From a virus (Duplodnaviria; Heunggongvirae; Uroviricota; Caudoviricetes): a stretch of 49,854 nt of DNA. The notes under the pieces are model-generated. The model saw only the letters and a program-made list of their open reading frames with translations. It did no database searches and had not been told where the DNA came from. Made by a program: the position numbers and the translations under genes. The stretch lies in the IMG/VR virus record IMGVR_UViG_2529293239_000010; one strand, given 5' to 3'. Shown here in pieces: positions 44,228 through 49,854 of the stretch (positions within the stretch are counted from its first letter, which is position 1; every line of letters starts with the position of its first letter).

Positions 44228-47200
44228 ATGGCAGTAAAAATTTCAGGTGTACTGAAAGACGGCACAGGAAAACCGGTACAGAACTGCACAATCCAGCTGA
44301 AAGCAAAACGTAACAGTACCACGGTGGTGGTGAACACGCTGGCATCTGAAAATCCGGATGAAGCCGGGCGTTACAGCATGGACGTTGAGTACGGTCAGTA
44401 CAGCGTTATTCTGTTGGTGGAAGGATTCCCGCCGTCACATGCCGGGACCATCACCGTGTATGAAGATTCCCGACCCGGTACGCTGAATGATTTTCTCGGT
44501 GCCATGACGGAGGATGATGCCCGTCCGGAGGCACTGCGCCGTTTTGAGCTGATGGTGGAAGAGGTGGCGCGTAACGCGTCCGTGGTGGCACAGAACACGG
44601 CAGCCGCGAAGAAGTCAGCCAGTGATGCCAGCACATCAGCCCGTGAGGCGGCAACCCATGCGACTGATGCTGCAGGCTCAGCACGCGCAGCCAGCACGTC
44701 AGCCGGACAGGCCGCGTCGTCGGCTCAGTCAGCGACTTCCAGCGCAGGAACGGCATCAACAAAGGCCACTGAAGCATCAAAAAGTGCTGCCGCTGCAGAG
44801 TCCTCAAAAAGCGCGGCAGCTACCAGTGCCAGTGCCGCGAAAACGTCAGAAACGAATGCTGCAGCGTCACAACAATCAGCAGCCACTTCTGCATCCACCG
44901 CGACTACGAAAGCGTCAGAAGCTGCCACCTCAGCCCGGGATGCGGCGGCTTCAAAAGAGGCGGCAAAATCATCAGAAACGAACGCATCCTCGAGCGCCAG
45001 TAGCGCAGCTTCCTCGGCAACAGCGGCAGGAAATTCCGCGAAGGCGGCAAAAACGTCAGAGACGAACGCCAGGTCTTCTGAAACGGCAGCGGGACAGAGC
45101 GCCTCGGCTGCGGCAGGCTCAAAAACAGCGGCTGCGTCGTCTGCCAGTGCAGCGTCAACAAGTGCCGGGCAGGCCTCAGCCAGTGCCACCGCCGCCGGAA
45201 AATCGGCAGAAAGCGCCGCATCGTCTGCTTCAACAGCCACAACGAAGGCTGGCGAAGCCACTGAACAGGCCAGCGCAGCAGCGAGGTCTGCTTCCGCAGC
45301 GAAGACATCCGAAACGAACGCGAAAGCGTCGGAAACCAGCGCAGAATCCTCAAAAACGGCTGCCGCATCGTCAGCCAGTTCGGCGTCGTCATCGGCCTCA
45401 TCGGCGTCTGCTTCAAAAGATGAGGCGACCAGACAGGCGTCAGCAGCGAAGGGTAGCGCCACGACGGCATCCACGAAGGCGACAGAGGCAGCTGGCAGTG
45501 CGACGGCGGCAGCTCAGAGCAAAAGTACGGCGGAATCTGCAGCAACGCGCGCCGAGACAGCGGCAAAACGGGCAGAGGATATTGCATCCGCCGTGGCGCT
45601 TGAGGATGCGAGCACGACGAAAAAGGGGATAGTACAGCTCAGCAGTGCGACCAACAGCACTTCCGAGTCACTGGCGGCAACGCCAAAAGCCGTTAAGGCC
45701 GCGTATGACCTGGCTAACGGGAAATACACCGCACAGGATGCAACGACAGCACAGAAAGGGATAATCCAGCTAAGCAGCGCGACCAACAGCACGTCTGAAA
45801 CGCTGGCGGCAACGCCAAAGGCAGTAAAAGCAGCCAATGACAATGCTGAGAAACGTCTGCAGAAAGATCAGAACGGTGCGGATATCCCTGGCAAAGACAC
45901 CTTTACGAAAAATATTGGTGCCTGCCGTGCCTTCGGTGGGTCAGTAAGCACAACAACAGGAAACTGGACGACTGCACAGTTTATCGAGTGGCTGGATTCT
46001 CAGGGAGCATTTAACCATCCATACTGGATGTGCAAGGGTTCCTGGTCTTATGGCAATAATAAAATCATTACTGATACTGGCTGCGGTAATATTCATCTCG
46101 CCGGAGCTGTCATTGAAGTAATGGGGATAAAGTCAGCGATGACGATCCGCATTACCACACCGACCACCTCCACTGGTGGTGGAACAACTAACGCCCAGTT
46201 TACCTATATTAATCACGGAACAGATTATTCACCTGGCTGGCGAAGGGACTATAACTCCAGAAATAAGCCAACGGCATCAGAGATCGGGGCGTTACCGTCA
46301 GGTGGAACAGCAGTATCATCAGTTAATCTGTCTTCAAAAGGTCGGGTAACCGCGCTGACAGACAATACGCAGGGGGCAACAGGTCTTGAGTTATACGAGG
46401 TGTATAACAACGGATATCCAACAGCGTATGGAAATATCATTCACCTGAAAGGGATGACAGCCGTTGGCGAAGGTGAGTTACTCATCGGCTGGAGTGGTAC
46501 AAGCGGTGCTCATGCTCCGGCATTTATTCGTTCACGACGGGATACGACCGACGCAAACTGGTCGCCGTGGGCGCAGCTTTACACCTCGGCTCATCCTCCT
46601 GCAGAGTTTTATCCAGTCGGTGCACCAATCCCGTGGCCATCAGATACCGTTCCGTCTGGTTATGCCCTGATGCAGGGGCAGACTTTTGACAAATCTGCTT
46701 ACCCGAAACTTGCAGCCGCTTATCCGTCAGGCGTGATCCCTGATATGCGTGGCTGGACGATTAAGGGCAAGCCCGCCAGTGATCGAGCCGTATTGTCTCA
46801 GGAACAGGACGGCATTAAATCACACACCCACAGCGCCAGCGTATCCAGTACGGATTTGGGGACGAAAACCACATCGTCGTTTGATTACGGCACTAAATCC
46901 ACGAATAACACTGGTGCGCATACCCATAGTGTTAGCGGTACGGCTGCTTCAGCCGGTGCACATACCCATTCGATGACATTTGTTTCAGGTGGTTCCAGTG
47001 GTGCTCCGGGAAGTGGATCACCTGATTATTCTAAATACAGTGTTAACACTTCTTCTGCAGGCGCTCATACGCACTCTGTATCGGGTACTGCTGCAAGCGC
47101 AGGTGCACACGCACATACTGTCGGTATTGGTGCTCATACGCACTCCGTTGCGATTGGTTCACATGGACATACCATCACCGTTAACGCTGCTGGTAACGCG

Positions 47201-47251
47201 GAAAACACCGTCAAAAACATCGCATTTAACTATATTGTGAGGCTTGCATAA
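44228..47251 (+). CDS. stf: Side tail fibre protein Stf with expanded Ala/Ser-rich repeat region and His-rich C-terminal repeats
   Basis: N-terminus [30 protein letters not shown] as lambda Stf; central low-complexity repeats around KTSETNA; C-terminal GAHTHS repeats; stop overlaps the tfa start. Confidence 0.85.
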   Translation: MAVKISGVLKDGTGKPVQNCTIQLKAKRNSTTVVVNTLASENPDEAGRYSMDVEYGQYSVILLVEGFPPSHAGTITVYEDSRPGTLNDFLGAMTEDDARPEALRRFELMVEEVARNASVVAQNTAAAKKSASDASTSAREAATHATDAAGSARAASTSAGQAASSAQSATSSAGTASTKATEASKSAAAAESSKSAAATSASAAKTSETNAAASQQSAATSASTATTKASEAATSARDAAASKEAAKSSETNASSSASSAASSATAAGNSAKAAKTSETNARSSETAAGQSASAAAGSKTAAASSASAASTSAGQASASATAAGKSAESAASSASTATTKAGEATEQASAAARSASAAKTSETNAKASETSAESSKTAAASSASSASSSASSASASKDEATRQASAAKGSATTASTKATEAAGSATAAAQSKSTAESAATRAETAAKRAEDIASAVALEDASTTKKGIVQLSSATNSTSESLAATPKAVKAAYDLANGKYTAQDATTAQKGIIQLSSATNSTSETLAATPKAVKAANDNAEKRLQKDQNGADIPGKDTFTKNIGACRAFGGSVSTTTGNWTTAQFIEWLDSQGAFNHPYWMCKGSWSYGNNKIITDTGCGNIHLAGAVIEVMGIKSAMTIRITTPTTSTGGGTTNAQFTYINHGTDYSPGWRRDYNSRNKPTASEIGALPSGGTAVSSVNLSSKGRVTALTDNTQGATGLELYEVYNNGYPTAYGNIIHLKGMTAVGEGELLIGWSGTSGAHAPAFIRSRRDTTDANWSPWAQLYTSAHPPAEFYPVGAPIPWPSDTVPSGYALMQGQTFDKSAYPKLAAAYPSGVIPDMRGWTIKGKPASDRAVLSQEQDGIKSHTHSASVSSTDLGTKTTSSFDYGTKSTNNTGAHTHSVSGTAASAGAHTHSMTFVSGGSSGAPGSGSPDYSKYSVNTSSAGAHTHSVSGTAASAGAHAHTVGIGAHTHSVAIGSHGHTITVNAAGNAENTVKNIAFNYIVRLA

Positions 47252-47835
47252 TGGCATTCAGAATGAGTGAACAACCACGGACCATAAAAATTTATAATCT
47301 GCTGGCCGGAACTAATGAATTTATTGGTGAAGGTGATGCATATATTCCGCCTCATACAGGTCTGCCAGCAAACAGTACCGATATTGCACCGCCAGATATT
47401 CCGGCAGGCTTCGTGGCTGTTTTCAACAGTGATGAGGCATCGTGGCATCTCGTTGAAGACCATCGGGGTAAAACGGTTTATGACGTAGCGTCAGGGGACG
47501 CGTTATTTATTTCTGAACTCGGTCCGTTACCGGAAAATGTTACCTGGTTATCGCCGGAAGGGGAGTTTCAGAAGTGGAACGGCACAGCCTGGGTGAAAGA
47601 TGCAGAAGCAGAAAAACTGTTCCGGATCCGGGAGGCGGAAGAAACAAAAAACAGCCTGATGCAGGTAGCCAGTGAGCATATTGCGCCACTTCAGGATGCT
47701 GTAGATCTGGAAATCGCAACGGAGGAAGAAACCTCATTGCTGGAAGCCTGGAAAAAATATCGGGTGTTGCTGAACCGTGTTGATACATCAACTGCACCTG
47801 ATATTGAGTGGCCTACGAACCCTGTCAGGGAGTAA
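47251..47835 (+). CDS. tfa: Tail fibre assembly protein Tfa
   Basis: 194 aa starting [54 protein letters not shown], lambda Tfa. Confidence 0.9.
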   Translation: MAFRMSEQPRTIKIYNLLAGTNEFIGEGDAYIPPHTGLPANSTDIAPPDIPAGFVAVFNSDEASWHLVEDHRGKTVYDVASGDALFISELGPLPENVTWLSPEGEFQKWNGTAWVKDAEAEKLFRIREAEETKNSLMQVASEHIAPLQDAVDLEIATEEETSLLEAWKKYRVLLNRVDTSTAPDIEWPTNPVRE

Positions 47836-47847
47836 TCATTGGGATTA

Positions 47848-47884
47848 TGCCGCAGCACGTCTTAAGCAAGAACGTGCTGCGGTT
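47848..47884. terminator. Bidirectional hairpin terminator between tfa and the convergent methyltransferase gene
   Basis: CCGCAGCACG...CGTGCTGCGG inverted repeat followed by a T-rich tract on the plus strand. Confidence 0.5.
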
Positions 47885-47889
47885 GGATG

Positions 47890-48555
47890 CTATTTTTTCC
47901 CTGAAGCGGAAAACATTACTACAGTACCTTGAACCTTGGTTTTAACATTCTCGAAATGCTCTGAGAGTATATGTGTTAAGCCTTCTTCGGAATCTTTTGT
48001 GTTTGAAAAGATGCCTTTCTGATTGTAAATGCGCATCAGTTTTTGACCGAAGCTATTGTGCACAACTCCATCGCCAAGAATTGTGGCTCCGTATAGAGTT
48101 CCATCGTCAGTTAAGGCCTGCGCCGCATTGCGTATTACACAGCTTTTTGTAGATATATTTCCAGGCAGGCAGTGAAGAAGGTAAAACATGGAAATGGAAT
48201 CAAATTGACCATGTAACGCCGCGGGATAAGGTTCAAAAACATCATGGCTAATTTTATGTTTAATTTTTGATTCCCCAGCCCTTGTAGATGCCGCGTTCAG
48301 GCTAGCTTCGTTCAAATCCATTAAAGATATCAGACTACTCTCAGGTACGTGAGTAAGGTAAAACCCAGTTCCAACACCAATATCCAGATGGTTGTTACCT
48401 ACATGTTCCAGAAAGTGTGGAAGAAGGTGTTCCTTTGTAGGACATCCCCATGCAAGCCGATTTGATACTCCCAAAACCCACCAGTCATAAAGCTTTAGGG
48501 TAAGTGGTGTGTAAATTTTAGCCCCATCATCTGTGTTTTTTTTCATTGATTTCAC
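47890..48555 (-). CDS. Class I SAM-dependent methyltransferase (moron)
   Basis: 221-aa ORF with motif I LDIGVGTGFY and downstream acidic/hydrophobic motifs (LMDLNEASL, FDSISMFYLLHCLP); AT-rich; opposite orientation to the tail genes. Confidence 0.65.
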   Translation of the reverse strand: MKSMKKNTDDGAKIYTPLTLKLYDWWVLGVSNRLAWGCPTKEHLLPHFLEHVGNNHLDIGVGTGFYLTHVPESSLISLMDLNEASLNAASTRAGESKIKHKISHDVFEPYPAALHGQFDSISMFYLLHCLPGNISTKSCVIRNAAQALTDDGTLYGATILGDGVVHNSFGQKLMRIYNQKGIFSNTKDSEEGLTHILSEHFENVKTKVQGTVVMFSASGKK

Positions 48556-48614
48556 CGTGTTATAGTTTTATTTGTGAATTAAATCAATTATGGCGATGAA
48601 TTACAAGGGGTTAA

Positions 48615-48884
48615 ATGCTGCCGCAGCATAGCGATATTGAAATAGCCTGGTATGCTTCGATACAGCAGGAGCCGAATGGCTGGAAGACCGTCACCACACA
48701 GTTCTACATCCAGGAATTCAGTGAGTATATTGCGCCACTGCAGGATGCTGTAGATCTGGAAATCGCAACGGAGGAAGAAAGATCGTTGCTGGAGGCATGG
48801 AATAAATATCGGGTATTGTTGAATCGTGTTGATACATCAACTGCACCTGATATTGAGTGGCCTGCAAATCCTGTCAGGGAGTAA
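48615..48884 (+). CDS. Tfa C-terminal-domain paralog or fragment (89 aa)
   Basis: C-terminal 53 aa nearly identical to the Tfa C-terminus; novel 36-aa N-terminus; AAGGGG Shine-Dalgarno before ATG 48615; lies within a direct repeat of the tfa 3' region. Confidence 0.4.
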   Translation: MLPQHSDIEIAWYASIQQEPNGWKTVTTQFYIQEFSEYIAPLQDAVDLEIATEEERSLLEAWNKYRVLLNRVDTSTAPDIEWPANPVRE

Positions 48885-49262
48885 TCATTGGGATTATGCC
48901 GCAGACACGTCGTATGCAGGAACGTGCTGCGGTTAGTTTGTGAGCTTTCGATAGTGGTTGTTATTTTTGCCCTTATTTGTTCCGGAGGCCATGGTTCAAT
49001 GGTCCGTCTGCCACCCTGTGGTGATGTCAGCAAAATCAGCCACTGCGCGAACCACAATAGCCCGGGAAGATGCTGAAGATCACCAGGTAAAGCTGTCAGC
49101 GCAGAAACTGGAAGAACTGCTCGCATCAATGGTTAAGGATGAGGTTGATCGCAATGATGGGATTTATTGACGTCAGCGAGAGCAGAAGGAAGAACTGAAT
49201 AACCTGAATGATTTACGCTCAATCAGAGCGATGGCGATTAGCGGCAATCACGCTCGATAAAA

Positions 49263-49292
49263 TTAACCCCGGTGATCATCCGGGGTTTTGCA
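49263..49292. terminator. Bidirectional hairpin terminator downstream of the Rha-like gene
   Basis: AACCCCGG-TGATCAT-CCGGGGTT stem-loop flanked by T-runs on both strands. Confidence 0.5.
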
Positions 49293-49296
49293 TTCA

Positions 49297-49854
49297 TTAA
49301 AACCGCATCAACCTTTCCACCAATTGTTCTTTACGGGCAACGATCCACCCATGTTGCTCCAGATAAAATTTAAACCGTTCCAGCGTGCATACCATCGCAT
49401 CGGCGGGGACTTTTTCTGTGAACTCGACCTGACCGTGTTTATCGAAGTGGATCAGTAATGCGCATCCATTATTTGGGGCGGGGGAGTTTTGTGCTGCAGG
49501 AGGACGTTTGTGGAGTTCTTCTTCCATTGCGTTAAATTTTTCAATGTAAGCTTCTTTTAGTCTGGCTGCTTTTTTGCCAGTAAATCCCATTACGAGGAAC
49601 ATGAAGCCGTCTTTTGTGATCAGGTAGCATCGTGATTCACGTTCTGCGCCGTTGCCAATTTCGACAGTCTGAACATCGGCCGAAAAGTTGGCTGATGTAA
49701 ATTCGGGAGAGCAGTCGAGTGTGTCAATCTTAGCTAAAACGTGTTTATGTTGTTTATCGAAGTAGTCGGCAACAGCTTGAGAGGTGGTAACCAGGCGACC
49801 ATCTTTGAAAAAGACTTTTGGTGACTCGTTAGAAAAAGTTATAGCTGTATTCAT
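49297..49854 (-). CDS. Rha family phage regulatory protein
   Basis: 185-aa ORF starting MNTAITFSNESPKVFFKDGRLVTTSQAVADYFDKQHKHVLAKI, Rha-like N-terminal domain; start codon sits at the window edge, so the true start could lie beyond it. Confidence 0.65.
   Translation of the reverse strand: MNTAITFSNESPKVFFKDGRLVTTSQAVADYFDKQHKHVLAKIDTLDCSPEFTSANFSADVQTVEIGNGAERESRCYLITKDGFMFLVMGFTGKKAARLKEAYIEKFNAMEEELHKRPPAAQNSPAPNNGCALLIHFDKHGQVEFTEKVPADAMVCTLERFKFYLEQHGWIVARKEQLVERLMRF

Noticed and set aside
44395-45843. Several long ORFs on the minus strand and in alternative plus frames (for example 44725..45474, 44904..45587, 44622..45632) inside stf
   Set aside because: They arise from the low-complexity GC-rich Ala/Ser repeat tract of the tail fibre gene; they lack ribosome binding sites and have repetitive, compositionally biased translations.
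48958-49170. 70-aa plus-strand ORF between the tfa-like fragment and the Rha-like gene
   Set aside because: Ambiguous start with poor ribosome-binding-site spacing and no recognisable motif; possibly a real small gene ending at the bidirectional terminator, but support is insufficient to call.

Overview
This window is most of a mosaic lambdoid prophage of Escherichia coli, read from the integrase end toward the tail fibre end. All calls rest on reading the ORF translations and the DNA by eye; no searches were run. Left to right: integrase and excisionase; a leftward early operon with an 823-aa DEDDh-type exonuclease and several unknown small genes; a Rac-like immunity region (RacR-like repressor, YdaS-like Cro, YdaT-like protein) with palindromic operators and PL/PR promoters; a replication module with iterons and a frameshifted DnaC-like loader; a nin-like region (QueH-like protein, hok/mok toxin, DUF968-like protein, RusA, Q antiterminator, PR'/tR'); a frameshifted DNA methyltransferase; three tRNA genes followed by tandem structured non-coding repeats in the slot where Stx phages carry stxAB, then a NanS-p-like esterase; the lysis cassette (holin, SAR endolysin, Rz/Rz1); an IS629 insertion with a 3-bp target duplication; an AT-rich convergent two-gene cargo cassette of unknown function just upstream of cos; then a morphogenesis block that reads essentially as phage lambda itself (cos, Nu1 through J, lom, stf, tfa); and finally a SAM-methyltransferase moron flanked by duplicated tfa 3' ends and a Rha-like regulator. 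The best candidate for an undescribed system is the two-gene cargo at 22745..24374, which I suspect is an anti-phage defence or exclusion module. Other points worth a second look are the two homopolymer frameshifts, the repeat array replacing stx, and the methyltransferase cassette at the tail-fibre locus.
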